NCBI GenBank assembly: GCA_016197005.1
Contig: JACPWO010000001.1
Coordinates: forward strand, 218,544-282,543
DNA: 64,000 nucleotides
Direction: 5' to 3'
Source: Candidatus Anderseniibacteriota bacterium
GTDB lineage: Bacteria > Patescibacteriota > Andersenbacteria > UBA10190
This document shows, in pieces, positions 20,666 to 31,068 of the stretch. The stretch's first letter is position 1. Every line of letters begins with the position of its first letter. The position numbers and the translations under genes were made by a program. Below the pieces are notes generated by a model, which did not search any database, was not told where the DNA came from, and saw nothing but the letters and a program-made list of their open reading frames with translations.

Positions 20666-21902
20666 ACTCGGCGGCTACCGCGAGAACTCGCTCCACATAC
20701 CAACCGTTTACGTGATACTCCCAGTACGGCCCAGAAACATAGCGAGCAAGTGCTTCACGTTCCGCTCCCCTAGCAGCACCACGATCCGCGAGGTACACCG
20801 CCGTTCCTACAAACGCATCAGACAGCTCATAGGGATTAACCGGAGACTTTTTCATAAGTGCCTCCACCCTTCCCTCTATCCCTTCCCAGGTAGCAGGCAT
20901 AAACTGCGACGGTCCAATTGCGCCTCCCCACCCTTTTCCATTACTTGGGCGACGAGATATTTGTGCTTTAGAGCGATCAAGTCCTAATTTATCTGTAATG
21001 CGAATAAAGGCATCTCGGCTGGCAGGTTGCATATCATCCGGGAATACGCCACTTCCAACATTATTACCTAAATTTGATTCCACTTTAAGAACAGCCATAA
21101 CAAGCGCCGGGCGAACGCCCGTTAACGTACCGGCGTTTCTGGCCATGTCTGAAGCGCTGCCTAATGTTACTTGAATGTTGCTACTTTTCAGTGAGAATAT
21201 CTGGTTCGCAATTTCTTCCCGTGCCTGTTTTGCTTCCGCTAGCATTGCGTTCACGCGAGACTCTTCTGCTGTTTGCGAAACAAGTTCGGCTTGTTCTGCC
21301 TTTTCTTGGTCAGTGATTTCTTCCTGCTGAACAGCCAATGTTTTTTGCAGTTGAGTAAGACTTGTTTGCTGCTCCTGCAAACTTTCTTGTTTACTCGAAA
21401 GATCCGCTAACTGTTCATGGATTTTCTTGGTGGCGGCCGCTACTTGTTCTTGTAAATCCTCAAGCGCTGCTCCTGCTGCCATTACTTCACTCACACTAAA
21501 ATTACTAAAAAATGTCCGAATAAGGGAGCCTTGTTCTTGTTGGTACAGCGTACGAATGAGATGCCGAAGGTATGCTCGCTGTTCTTCTAGGTTCTCTTGC
21601 AGATCTCCAATATCTTCGGTCGTTTTTTCCTCCTGCGCCGCAACTGTTTCTATGGTTGCTTGGGTACGCTGAAGTTCAAGACGAGCTTTACTTAGTTGTC
21701 GTCTTAGTTCTTCAACTTGTGACTTAGTTTCTGCTACTTCTCCAGCTACCTGCTGACTATCCCCAGTAAGTTCTTTAATTTTCTGATCAAGTTTAGCAAC
21801 TTCTTTTTCTTTTGCTTCAATTTCTTGTTGGGTGGCCGCACAAACAGTGCTGGGCATTACTGCCAACAAAGCCACTACTAGCAAAAAACCGAGACGCTTC
21901 AT
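20649..21902 (-). CDS. Secreted coiled-coil protein with C-terminal lytic transglycosylase-like domain
   Basis: Signal peptide, long coiled coil, VES...GAIGPSQFMPATW. Confidence 0.85.
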   Translation of the reverse strand: MKRLGFLLVVALLAVMPSTVCAATQQEIEAKEKEVAKLDQKIKELTGDSQQVAGEVAETKSQVEELRRQLSKARLELQRTQATIETVAAQEEKTTEDIGDLQENLEEQRAYLRHLIRTLYQQEQGSLIRTFFSNFSVSEVMAAGAALEDLQEQVAAATKKIHEQLADLSSKQESLQEQQTSLTQLQKTLAVQQEEITDQEKAEQAELVSQTAEESRVNAMLAEAKQAREEIANQIFSLKSSNIQVTLGSASDMARNAGTLTGVRPALVMAVLKVESNLGNNVGSGVFPDDMQPASRDAFIRITDKLGLDRSKAQISRRPSNGKGWGGAIGPSQFMPATWEGIEGRVEALMKKSPVNPYELSDAFVGTAVYLADRGAARGAEREALARYVSGPYWEYHVNGWYVERVLAVAAEYEKEF

Positions 21903-22342
21903 TGTCCTATCCCCAACCCCTTTGCCCACTGGTGCCATTCACCGCCATCTTCATTTAATCCCGCCACTGCTTCCGTTGGGCTAATTATTCTCACCGCTTC
22001 CACCTCGCCAACATCAAGTAAGTGCTTGTCACTGGTAATGATAACGTCAGCGTCGCCACCAACCGCAGCCTCAATAAACTTTAAGTCTTCCAAGTCATCG
22101 ATAATAACTTCCGTAGACTCTGCCCGTACATCATGAAGAGAAGATAGGAAGTTCTCGATAAGCTCACTATCTTCTGGTTGGTTTACGAGTTTTCCTACTA
22201 TGTTCTTATACTCTCGCTTTACGGCGGGGGTAGCTAAGGCCGTAATTTCTCCAGCCACAGCCGCTTCCAGCAACTGAGTCGCAGCGCTGAATGGGTCACT
22301 TGTACTGTTAATTAAAACATTGGTGTCTAGTACAACACGCAC
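21899..22342 (-). CDS. PIN-domain protein (putative TA toxin family)
   Basis: VVLDTNVL, DLEDLKF, ITSDKHLL; probable GTG start at 22342. Confidence 0.88.
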   Translation of the reverse strand: MRVVLDTNVLINSTSDPFSAATQLLEAAVAGEITALATPAVKREYKNIVGKLVNQPEDSELIENFLSSLHDVRAESTEVIIDDLEDLKFIEAAVGGDADVIITSDKHLLDVGEVEAVRIISPTEAVAGLNEDGGEWHQWAKGLGIGQ

Positions 22343-22446
22343 ATGCTTAGAATCCCCTATTAGAGGATAAGAATCAAGGATGGGGATAAATCCTCTCCTC
22401 GTTTTGGATATGTTTGTTACAATTGTGTTCAAAGAAACATCCCCTT

Positions 22447-23064
22447 ATGCCTTATAGCGATCTTACGAGGAAACAGAGTGAAACACTGAATTGTATTCGG
22501 CAGTGGTTAGCTGAGCACAACTACGCCCCAAGTTACCGGGATATTATGCATGAGATGAACATCAAGTCCCCCGCTACGACCTATAACCACGTGCAGGCAT
22601 TGGTAGAAAAAGGATATCTTCACATGCCGGATGGACTCTTACGGTCCGTTGAGCTTACTGACAAATCAAATATGTTCCGTAAAGGCGTTGATTTGCCATT
22701 AGTTGGAGCAATCGCTGCCGGCGTTCCTATCCAGGCCATCGAGGGTCGGGATACCATGACGGTTCCGCTCGAACTCCTGCCCAACCTCAATTGTTATGTA
22801 CTCCAGGTAAAGGGAGATTCTATGATTGAGGCCGGCATTTTAGATGGTGATTACGTCATCATTGAACGAAACTTCTACCCTAATAACGGCGAAGTTGTGG
22901 TTGCACTGTTGGATAACGAAAATGCCACTCTAAAAAAATATTATCGTGAAGAAGGTCGAATCCGCCTGCAGCCAGCCAATAAGAAAATGCGCCCCATTTA
23001 CACAAAGAATCCGGTTATCCAGGGAATAGTTCGCGCCGTTCTGCGTAGATACGACGAAGAGTAG
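22447..23064 (+). CDS. lexA: SOS repressor LexA
   Basis: wHTH (PSYRDI), IAAG cleavage site, GDSM, TLKK. Confidence 0.97.
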   Translation: MPYSDLTRKQSETLNCIRQWLAEHNYAPSYRDIMHEMNIKSPATTYNHVQALVEKGYLHMPDGLLRSVELTDKSNMFRKGVDLPLVGAIAAGVPIQAIEGRDTMTVPLELLPNLNCYVLQVKGDSMIEAGILDGDYVIIERNFYPNNGEVVVALLDNENATLKKYYREEGRIRLQPANKKMRPIYTKNPVIQGIVRAVLRRYDEE

Positions 23065-23101
23065 CTTCCTCTTTTAACTAAATACGAGGTATCCTCCTTA
23101 C

Positions 23102-23587
23102 GTGGATATAAAAAATAGTATTGTTTTACTTGCGCTGCTGGGACTAGGACTTTTATTTGCCTGGCATAAACGAGTGCTCATTATGCCATTTGTCGTCGCT
23201 CTTCTTACGTCCCTGGCCTGGACTTTTTACTATCCTTATGAATACGCCGACAATAATTTCCTTTTATTTGGCAGAATTAATATGTATCCGCTGGTGCTCT
23301 GGACGGTCAGTCTGGTCGCGCTGTATTCTCTGTATCTTCGTCTCCCTAAACGATACCGCCCGATAGCCTTTACTATGCTTTATTTTACGCTACTGGGAGC
23401 AGTGGAAACCATTGGCTACCATTACTTAAACATTCGACTTACCAGTAACTACACCAGTCTCCTTGGGTTGGGAGTTATTCACGCTCCTGTCTCAATGAAA
23501 ATATTTTATGTAGTAGCTGGGCCAGCGTATATCCTTCTCACCCGAAGTATTGCTCATGCAATGGAAAAAAGAGTGAGCGAAGAATAA
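23102..23587 (+). CDS. Membrane protein
   Basis: Hydrophobic 161-aa ORF. Confidence 0.65.
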   Translation: MDIKNSIVLLALLGLGLLFAWHKRVLIMPFVVALLTSLAWTFYYPYEYADNNFLLFGRINMYPLVLWTVSLVALYSLYLRLPKRYRPIAFTMLYFTLLGAVETIGYHYLNIRLTSNYTSLLGLGVIHAPVSMKIFYVVAGPAYILLTRSIAHAMEKRVSEE

Positions 23588-23712
23588 AAGCAGATCTACA
23601 TTCTACAAAAAGCATCTAACAAAAATATTTTTATTTGACAAACAAGAGAAATACCGATAAAACTATAGCTTATAGTTTGTCCCCTATCACTTCTATGGAA
23701 AGAGAGTGACGA

Positions 23713-23907
23713 ATGCCTCGCATATGCAAATGTGGCAAGAAAATAGAACCCGCCTATCGTGATGTGGGCGCATGTGAAGATTGCTTTGCTGAAAAAATGG
23801 CTGATCCACACACATTGATCAGGATGGCTAACCCCGCCACTCCTCTCCCGCCCTCAAAAGATTATCGGCCTCACCACTCTCGATATTTTCGAGGTCGTCG
23901 CCATTAG
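23713..23907 (+). CDS. Small Cys-rich, putative zinc-binding protein
   Basis: CKC...CEDC; own TTGACA-N17-TAAAAC promoter-like site from ~23635. Confidence 0.5.
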   Translation: MPRICKCGKKIEPAYRDVGACEDCFAEKMADPHTLIRMANPATPLPPSKDYRPHHSRYFRGRRH

Positions 23908-23930
23908 CCCAACTATCCCGTTGGGCATTT

Positions 23931-24995
23931 TTATACTTCTTCGCTATCCTCTCCGGCCGCTAATTTTGTGTACGTATCACCGGTATCTATTTGATCCAGT
24001 CGATTTCCGAGTTTATCCAGCCGTCGTGCTGAATCATCAAAACGGTTCTTGGCATTCGCGAGATGTTTTCCGACAGTTGAAAACTCTTCAGAGAATACTC
24101 CAAAATCTTGGCGTAGTTGTCCTAAGTGTTGCATGATTTCTCTCGCCTGTTGCTCTACCTTCATTCCCCTCAACCCTACTAGCACTGTCTGCAAATATGC
24201 TAAGAAACTATTTGGAGAGGTTGGGATGACATGGCACTTCAAACAAAATTCCCATAGACTTTCGCCGTCAGACGGCTGAATCATTGTTTCGTAATACACA
24301 CCTTCAAGCGGAATATACATGAAGGCATAATCCAGGGTCCGTTCAGCGGGGACGATATATTTTTTTGAAATATCCGTAATGTGCTTTTTAACATCCCGGA
24401 TAAATTCTTTGCGGAATCGTGCTTTGCGATCAGTTTCTTGTTCATTGCTATAGATTTCGTAATTTGCCAGCGGAAACTTAGCGTCGACGGCAACAATATA
24501 ACCATCTTGTAGTTTAATAGTTGCATCAGCAATTTCACCGCTACCTCGGAGTATGTATTGTAGGTCAAACCGGTCAGCTGGCAGCACTTCACTGAGGAGA
24601 TTCGCGAGAAGTACTTCACCAAAACTTCCTCGGATCTTGGGGTGCTTGAGCATTGTTTGAAATGAGACAATATCTTCACTTGTCTTCTGAAGCTGACTTG
24701 TTGCCTGCTCTAACTTTCCCAAACCAGCGCTTACCGTTCGGACGGTACGTTCGGCAGCACTTACTCGACTAGCTAAAAAGTCTTTCGATTCATTGACCGC
24801 GTGGGTATGCTCTCGTAAGCGTTCGTTTACCTCTCGACTCATATGTTGCAACTGCTGACTGAATAATTTTTGTAGCTCTAAGACACTACTGTCAGTTTGC
24901 CCACCCCGCCGGGTGCGAACTAATAGAAAAACGAGAATACCGCTTGTTATAAGGCCGATTCCGGCCGCTATCATCGAAATAACTTGTTCCGTCAT
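23931..24995 (-). CDS. rmuC: DNA recombination protein RmuC
   Basis: RGSFGEVLL, VDAKFP, HITDISKKYI, FAFMYIP-like. Confidence 0.93.
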   Translation of the reverse strand: MTEQVISMIAAGIGLITSGILVFLLVRTRRGGQTDSSVLELQKLFSQQLQHMSREVNERLREHTHAVNESKDFLASRVSAAERTVRTVSAGLGKLEQATSQLQKTSEDIVSFQTMLKHPKIRGSFGEVLLANLLSEVLPADRFDLQYILRGSGEIADATIKLQDGYIVAVDAKFPLANYEIYSNEQETDRKARFRKEFIRDVKKHITDISKKYIVPAERTLDYAFMYIPLEGVYYETMIQPSDGESLWEFCLKCHVIPTSPNSFLAYLQTVLVGLRGMKVEQQAREIMQHLGQLRQDFGVFSEEFSTVGKHLANAKNRFDDSARRLDKLGNRLDQIDTGDTYTKLAAGEDSEEV

Positions 24996-25018
24996 AGGGT
25001 CACTGTAGTATATCAACC

Positions 25019-25378
25019 ATGCAGCTTTGTGGCACGGTTATCCGCGGAGAAGGTCGAGGCAAGGATTTAGGCTTTCCGACCGCTAATATTGAGACTTCGG
25101 ACTCCATTCCAGATTCGGGAGTATATGCCGGGATCGCTACCATCGGTACCGAGCAGTATCTCGCGGCTATTCATATTGGCCCGCGGCCAACGTTCGATGA
25201 CCTACGACCAACACTGGAAGCTCACCTTCTGGATTTCTCCAAGGATTTGTATGGGAAAGAAGTGTGTATTGATATTCGCCAAAAACTGCGCGGTGTAAAA
25301 AAATTTGATACCATAGAGGCATTACGGCAGGCTATCGAAAACGACTGCGCTGCCGTCCGTAAACTTCTTCGTACTTAA
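25019..25378 (+). CDS. Stand-alone riboflavin kinase
   Basis: LGFPTAN, GVYA, IGPRPTF, LEAHLLDF; no FAD synthetase domain. Confidence 0.92.
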   Translation: MQLCGTVIRGEGRGKDLGFPTANIETSDSIPDSGVYAGIATIGTEQYLAAIHIGPRPTFDDLRPTLEAHLLDFSKDLYGKEVCIDIRQKLRGVKKFDTIEALRQAIENDCAAVRKLLRT

Positions 25379-25387
25379 TACTATTTC

Positions 25388-25849
25388 GTGCCAGGAACTG
25401 TTCACCTTTTAGTCGGTGCTGCAATCGCTACGCTGGTTCCGAATGTACCAGTAATGGTGGTGTTGGCGTTTTTCTCCCATTACATCTTGGATTTAATCCC
25501 CCATTTAGATCCTGATACTTTTGCTGATGACCAGCACCCCTATACCTGGTGGCAAAAAGCCACTCTTACGGTGGATGTTATTCTAGTATTCTCTCTTCTC
25601 CTCGCACTGTTTTGGCTGCGACAAGAACCGTTTCAGTATTTGCTGGGAGCGGTAGTGGGACTTATGCCAGACATCCTCACTCCCCTGGAGAGTTATCCGG
25701 CATTTACTCCCCTCAAAAAAGCTCATGAACTACTTCATTGGAACAAACGACGAGCACGGTGGTGGTCGTGGTATGTCCCAGCCTTACTACTCCCGGTAGT
25801 TATTAGTACCGGCGCTCTCCTCATTATCTGGGGAGAACTTAATACATAA
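25388..25849 (+). CDS. Membrane metal-dependent hydrolase-like protein
   Basis: N-terminal H, SHYILD, PD motifs with TM segments. Confidence 0.6.
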   Translation: MPGTVHLLVGAAIATLVPNVPVMVVLAFFSHYILDLIPHLDPDTFADDQHPYTWWQKATLTVDVILVFSLLLALFWLRQEPFQYLLGAVVGLMPDILTPLESYPAFTPLKKAHELLHWNKRRARWWSWYVPALLLPVVISTGALLIIWGELNT

Positions 25850-25879
25850 AATTTTCTTTCCTAAGACCGGAAAGTGATT

Positions 25880-26506
25880 TTACTGGGCCGCAGCGTAACG
25901 TCGGGCAACTTCATCCCAATTCACTACATTCCACCAGCTCTCAATGTACTCTGATCTATTCGATAAAAATTTTATGTAGTACGCATGTTCCCACACATCC
26001 AATCCAAGGATTGGTGTTCCACCTATGCCAGCAATTTCTTTACCCATTAAAGGGCTATCTTGATTGGCAGTTGAACCGATTACAAGCTCACCGCCATCAA
26101 CCACAAGCCACGCCCATCCTGAACCAAAGCGAGTTACCCCAGCTTCAGCAAATTTCTTTTCAAATTCGTCAAAACTGCCAAATGTGTTTTGTATATCTGC
26201 TGCTAGCCCTCCAGTTGGCTGCCCACCCGTACCTGGAGCCATCAATGTCCAAAACAGTGAATGGTTGGCGTGTCCCCCACCGTTGTTTCTGACAGCAGTG
26301 CGAATATCTTCGGAAACGCTCGTGAGATTAGCAATTAAGTCTTCAACTGATTTACTGGCTAAGTCAGGATGACTTTCTAAAGCAGCATTTACTTTGTCGA
26401 TATACGCCTGATGATGTTTGGTGTGATGAATCTCCATTGTTTTCGCATCAATGTGTGGCTCAAGTGCGTCATAAGAGTACAGCAGTTTCGGAAGCGTATA
26501 CGGCAT
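25880..26506 (-). CDS. sodA: Superoxide dismutase (Mn/Fe family)
   Basis: [23 protein letters not shown]; start reassigned to MPYTLP. Confidence 0.95.
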   Translation of the reverse strand: MPYTLPKLLYSYDALEPHIDAKTMEIHHTKHHQAYIDKVNAALESHPDLASKSVEDLIANLTSVSEDIRTAVRNNGGGHANHSLFWTLMAPGTGGQPTGGLAADIQNTFGSFDEFEKKFAEAGVTRFGSGWAWLVVDGGELVIGSTANQDSPLMGKEIAGIGGTPILGLDVWEHAYYIKFLSNRSEYIESWWNVVNWDEVARRYAAAQ

Positions 26507-26587
26507 AAGATAGTTCGTTAAAAGTAATATCTTCACCATACCCACTCCGCCTTCCCTTCTCAAGGCGTTCTCCGCTAGGCTTAAAGG

Positions 26588-27154
26588 ATGTCCGGCACTA
26601 CTCATCAAATGGTTGCACTCCTGGCTGCCTTCTGGATTCTCACTCAGTATCCCATCTCGCTCGGGCCCACTCTCGCCATTTTTGCTATTTTCGCGGTAAT
26701 GATCGGGGCGCTTACCCCCGACTTAGATCAACCCTCAGCTAATCTGCTACGTCGCACCATTGGTGGAAAATTCATTCACAAGTTATTTACTGCTTTCTCA
26801 GGCGGTCATCGACACTTCACCCACGCCATCGTTGGTATTATTTTCATTGGCTTACTTCTACGCTGGCTTACGACTCGTTATCTTCTCCCTGAATTCCATA
26901 CCTCGGCGTTAGCGTTATGGTATGCCTTTATGATTGGCTACATTAGCCACCCGATTGCCGATACTTTAACAGATCATGGCGTGCCGTGGTTGTGGCCACT
27001 GCCGTGGAGTATAAAGATACCACCCGGTCCAGAGCAGCTACGAGTTACAACTGGTAGTTTTGTTGAGAATATTTTAGTGCGAGGTGCTCTTTTGATTGCT
27101 ATTGGATTTCTACTTACTACTCACTGGGTAACCCTTTTAGCCCTCTTTCAGTAG
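26588..27154 (+). CDS. YdjM-like membrane metal-dependent hydrolase
   Basis: [29 protein letters not shown]. Confidence 0.88.
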   Translation: MSGTTHQMVALLAAFWILTQYPISLGPTLAIFAIFAVMIGALTPDLDQPSANLLRRTIGGKFIHKLFTAFSGGHRHFTHAIVGIIFIGLLLRWLTTRYLLPEFHTSALALWYAFMIGYISHPIADTLTDHGVPWLWPLPWSIKIPPGPEQLRVTTGSFVENILVRGALLIAIGFLLTTHWVTLLALFQ

Positions 27155-27218
27155 CTGATATACTTAGGATAGCCAGTAGACACACTCTGGCATCGTTCCT
27201 TTCACGCCGGAGGTTCAA

Positions 27219-28079
27219 ATGATCGACAAGCTCGTTGGCTGGGCTTCGTTACTGCTGCTAATTGGCTTCACGGGTGGCGGCTTCGTAGCTGCCATTGCAA
27301 CTGTCTACGATGGGACATACCAAAAGCACCATGTGGCGATTTCCGTAGCAACGTGGTTCTTAGCGACGTTGGGAATCACGCTTTACTACCATCGCTTCGT
27401 GACGCACCGCAGTTACCGCTTCTCTACAGTTGGGAAATATGTTCTTCGTCCCTTTCTTGCATGGTTTGGCTTATTGAGTTGGCAAGGACCGCCAAAAAGA
27501 TGGTGTGCGGTTCACCGACACCATCATAAGCACTCAGACCAGGACGAAGATATGCATTCGCCGCACGCCCCGTACTCGAAGTGGTGGGGTGCCCTCTGGG
27601 CACATACCTTCTGGATCCCCTACGCAGTACCAGAAGAGCAGCCGAAGGACTTGGATAAGTTCGACAGAGTAATGAGTCGAACTGAAGTCTACTTGTTACT
27701 AGGTCCCGGCAGCGGTGTCGTGCTTTCTTATCTACTGGGTGGACTAGTGGGTATTGCATGGTATCTGGCTTCAGTATTCGTAAGCACCTGCATTTTGACA
27801 TGGGCAATAAACAGCTTGTGTCACTTGGTGGGCAGTCGAGATCTGGAAACCGGAGACCTAAGCACGAATGTTCTGATTCTAGGGTGGCTTACGGGCGGTG
27901 AAGCACTGCACAATGGTCACCATGGATTTCAGAAATCACCTCGGTTTGCGCATAAACCGTGGGAGGTGCCATTCGACACCGGCTATCTCGCATTGCGAGT
28001 ATTCGAATTCCTGGGCTTGGTCGATACGTTGAAAGTGCCTACCGCAGACCAGGTACTGAAGAGGCTACGTACCGCCTAA
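27219..28079 (+). CDS. Acyl-CoA/acyl-lipid delta-9-type fatty acid desaturase
   Basis: His boxes HRFVTH, HRHHH, HNGHH; INSLCH; GGE. Confidence 0.93.
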   Translation: MIDKLVGWASLLLLIGFTGGGFVAAIATVYDGTYQKHHVAISVATWFLATLGITLYYHRFVTHRSYRFSTVGKYVLRPFLAWFGLLSWQGPPKRWCAVHRHHHKHSDQDEDMHSPHAPYSKWWGALWAHTFWIPYAVPEEQPKDLDKFDRVMSRTEVYLLLGPGSGVVLSYLLGGLVGIAWYLASVFVSTCILTWAINSLCHLVGSRDLETGDLSTNVLILGWLTGGEALHNGHHGFQKSPRFAHKPWEVPFDTGYLALRVFEFLGLVDTLKVPTADQVLKRLRTA

Positions 28080-28176
28080 CCAAGACATGAATAAAGTTCC
28101 AGCTGGCTCACTACCAGCTGTTTTTCTTTGCCAAATTGGACAGTATATTCGAAAACAGTTAAAACAAACCTTACAA

Positions 28177-28248
28177 GGCCCGTTCGTCTAGTGGCTAGGA
28201 CACCAGGTTCTCATCCTGGAAACAGGGATTCGATTTCCCTACGGGCTA
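28177..28248 (+). tRNA. tRNA-Glu(CTC)
   Basis: GGCCCGT/ACGGGCT acceptor stem, CCAGG-TT-CTC-AT-CCTGG anticodon arm. Confidence 0.93.
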
Positions 28249-28481
28249 CAAGTTTAAAAACTAATCTTACAAAAAACCCGCACTACCACCCTGCACGATT
28301 GTACGGGTTGCATACCCCTTTTCTTGAGCGCATCAGTGATTGTTGTTTGTACGCACATAAGAACGAGAAATGTACACTTCAACTCTCGCTATCAGGAGCA
28401 GAATCGGCGGCAGGAAAACTGCATGTACTGAGACAGTAGCGTTGCACTTAGGATGTTAATCTACGTCTATAACTTTTCTTT

Positions 28482-29186
28482 TTACGTACCAGAAATGAGA
28501 ATAGTATCGGTTGATTTAATATATTTGCTCATCCATTTTTTTGCCTCAGCACTCGTTTGGAAATGATGGGTATCCGCATCGTTTTCCGACGCATGAATAG
28601 CATCTCGCGCAGTTGCGTTAGTATCCCCCACAACCAGAATCATATCTGCGTACTGAGGAGAAATGGCAGCAACTGAAGGAGGTGGATTTTCTAAAACGGC
28701 AAGACGACGATGTTTGCCAATTGCGGCTAGCGTTTTGAGTCCCGCTAACATACTTTCCGGGGTAGAGGCAGCGGTATCATCTAGGAGCTGCGCCCCTTCT
28801 TTCGTCTTTGAAATACTTAAATATCCCTTCGGCGGCATGAATGACTGTAACCGTTGAGCTATTTGCAACAGCGACCGCCGTGTCACTGCTACTCCTGCCG
28901 CTATTTCGAGCGCTGTAATAACGGGTGCTATCTGGTACCGAGATACTACTCCTGGCACATTGAGCTCTAAAATAAGACCTTCAACATCTATTTCCAGCGC
29001 AAACCCACCTCGAATCAGTCGAGCAGCGCGGCGAAGAGTAGCTCGTACGCTACTCTCTTTCCGAGAGGGTGCTCCTTCGCCAAAAGCTGCCTTTAAAGCA
29101 GCATCAGTGACGACTGCATTCCACGCATCGGTGCGACTGAGGTTAGTTTGGAACTTGGTATTTCGTTTTTGGACCAGTTTCATCAT
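28482..29186 (-). CDS. Degenerate Mur-ligase (MurF-like) C-terminal domain protein; start uncertain
   Basis: LLDDTAASTPES and RRLAVL resemble MurF IDDxYNAxPES and RxxAVLG; no P-loop; follows ftsI. Confidence 0.6.
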   Translation of the reverse strand: MMKLVQKRNTKFQTNLSRTDAWNAVVTDAALKAAFGEGAPSRKESSVRATLRRAARLIRGGFALEIDVEGLILELNVPGVVSRYQIAPVITALEIAAGVAVTRRSLLQIAQRLQSFMPPKGYLSISKTKEGAQLLDDTAASTPESMLAGLKTLAAIGKHRRLAVLENPPPSVAAISPQYADMILVVGDTNATARDAIHASENDADTHHFQTSAEAKKWMSKYIKSTDTILISGT

Positions 29187-31041
29187 ATGAAGGAGGGATC
29201 TGATAGTAATTTAGCAGCTTTTCCGATAAATCGCGGAACATTGGGGCAGCTGTACCGGACGCGAAGGAAAGGCCAGCTGGGTTATCTAGTTTAATTAGTA
29301 TTGAGAAGCGAGGATTTTCTACTGGCCCGAAACCAACAAATGAAATAATTTTACGATCTTTCGAGTACTTACCAGTCTCGTCTGATACCTGGGCTGTTCC
29401 CGTTTTTCCAGCCATATAATACCCTGGCACTCGAGCGAGACCAGCTACGCCGTTTTCAATAACGCTGACCATCATCGCACTTACCTTGTCAGCTGTCTGT
29501 TTAGAAACGACCTGACGAACAGCGGCCGGCTCGGTTACTTTTTCTTCTAACCCCTCTCTAATACGAGATACAATGCGAGGCTGCATGAGCATGCCGTCAT
29601 TTGCAATAGCGTTTATAGCATTGAGCGCTTGCAACGGAGTTAACGCCACACCTTGACCGAAACTGGCAGTAGCAACGGTTGTAATATTCCAATTATTTGG
29701 TTCGGGTAAATTCGTTTGGGTTTCTCCATCAAGTTCAACTGCTGTTCGCTCGCCCAATCCAAAGCGACGGAGATAATCGTAAATCATCTCTGCACCCATT
29801 TGCTGACCGAGCCATACCATACCGATGTTGTTCGATTGTTCGAGTACCTGTGTCATTGTTTGCACGCCGTGATGCTTACTATCGAAAGTATCAATCGTGT
29901 ATTCTGCTACTTTTACTGGTCCACTATCGGTGAAGGTTGTATTTGGCTCCACCAATCCTTCTTCGATAGCTGCTGACATAATAACCGGCTTTAAAATGGA
30001 TCCTGGTTCGAACAAGTCCGATACCACTGGATTGGTTTGTACTTCGGGGTGGTTCACCGCGTAATACGTATTGGGATCAAAGGTTGGATAGGTTGCCATG
30101 CCAAGAATAGCGCCATCTTCTGGATCCATCACAATAATGCTGCCGCGTTCCGCACCATACTTCTCTACCCCATTCTTTAGTACTTCCTCAGCGAATGATT
30201 GGACAACACGATCCAATGTGAGCACTATGTCAGCTCCATCCTTAGCCGGCCGAAATTCGCCTTCGGCTACACCAATGAAATTGCCGGCATTATCTTTTTC
30301 GGCAGATAACCACCCTAAGTCTCCTCGTAAAATTGAATCATAAAATCCTTCTACGCCGTATCTACCCACTCGCCCACTTTCTTCAAAGCCGACGTATCCG
30401 ATAGCATGCGCCGCTAGTTCACCGTCAGGGTATATTCGAATTTCCTGCTCTTCCAAGACAATACCGGGCAAGTGCTTTTCTTCTAAGTACGCTCGGAGTT
30501 CTTCGTCCAATATCTCGTGCGGGCGAAGAATTGGTTCATAAGGATCAGTTCTTTTATCAAATTTCACTTCAAATTGTTGGATAAGATCATGAATTTGTTC
30601 ATCTTCTGATTTTTCTGGTTCAGGATTTTCGATCGGGGTAGGAGTTGGCGTAGCAGCAACTGTACGCAGCTGTCCGGTGCGTTCAATAATTGCTTTAGTC
30701 CGCTCGTCCTGTCGTTTCCGATATGCGAATAAGGCCGGAGCTACTTCTCGAGCCACATAATGAGGATCGTCCATATCACGTGGGACAGCGTAGGTTATCC
30801 ATCCTTTGTCGTTACTGGCTACCGGAAAAAGATCCAGCCCTTCACTCATGTAAATAATTCCGCGATGCGGAGAAAGCTCGGAGGCGCGTTTTCGCTGCGC
30901 TTCTGCCACATTTATATAATGTCCGTGACGCACGGTCTGTAAATACACCAAGCGCACACCTAAAATACCCATAAGGATGGCAGCGGACATAATTAAAACG
31001 CCGATTCTCCATCCGCCAGTATTCAAAGATGATTGTGCCAT
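29143..31041 (-). CDS. ftsI: Class B penicillin-binding protein
   Basis: EPGSILK (SxxK), SNN, KTGT; dcw context. Confidence 0.92.
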   Translation of the reverse strand: MAQSSLNTGGWRIGVLIMSAAILMGILGVRLVYLQTVRHGHYINVAEAQRKRASELSPHRGIIYMSEGLDLFPVASNDKGWITYAVPRDMDDPHYVAREVAPALFAYRKRQDERTKAIIERTGQLRTVAATPTPTPIENPEPEKSEDEQIHDLIQQFEVKFDKRTDPYEPILRPHEILDEELRAYLEEKHLPGIVLEEQEIRIYPDGELAAHAIGYVGFEESGRVGRYGVEGFYDSILRGDLGWLSAEKDNAGNFIGVAEGEFRPAKDGADIVLTLDRVVQSFAEEVLKNGVEKYGAERGSIIVMDPEDGAILGMATYPTFDPNTYYAVNHPEVQTNPVVSDLFEPGSILKPVIMSAAIEEGLVEPNTTFTDSGPVKVAEYTIDTFDSKHHGVQTMTQVLEQSNNIGMVWLGQQMGAEMIYDYLRRFGLGERTAVELDGETQTNLPEPNNWNITTVATASFGQGVALTPLQALNAINAIANDGMLMQPRIVSRIREGLEEKVTEPAAVRQVVSKQTADKVSAMMVSVIENGVAGLARVPGYYMAGKTGTAQVSDETGKYSKDRKIISFVGFGPVENPRFSILIKLDNPAGLSFASGTAAPMFRDLSEKLLNYYQIPPSYDETGPKTKYQVPN

Positions 31042-31068
31042 TACCTCTTATCCCCCTCTCTTAGGTAG

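Noticed and set aside
28128-28439. ORFs overlapping tRNA genes (also 57131-57394, 60236-60454, 62291-62557)
   Set aside because: Spurious translations across tRNA genes.
28260-28470. Short similarity (AAAAACCCG..CACT, GTACGCACA) to the minus strand near 53650-53680
   Set aside because: Too short and low-complexity to call a repeat or att site.
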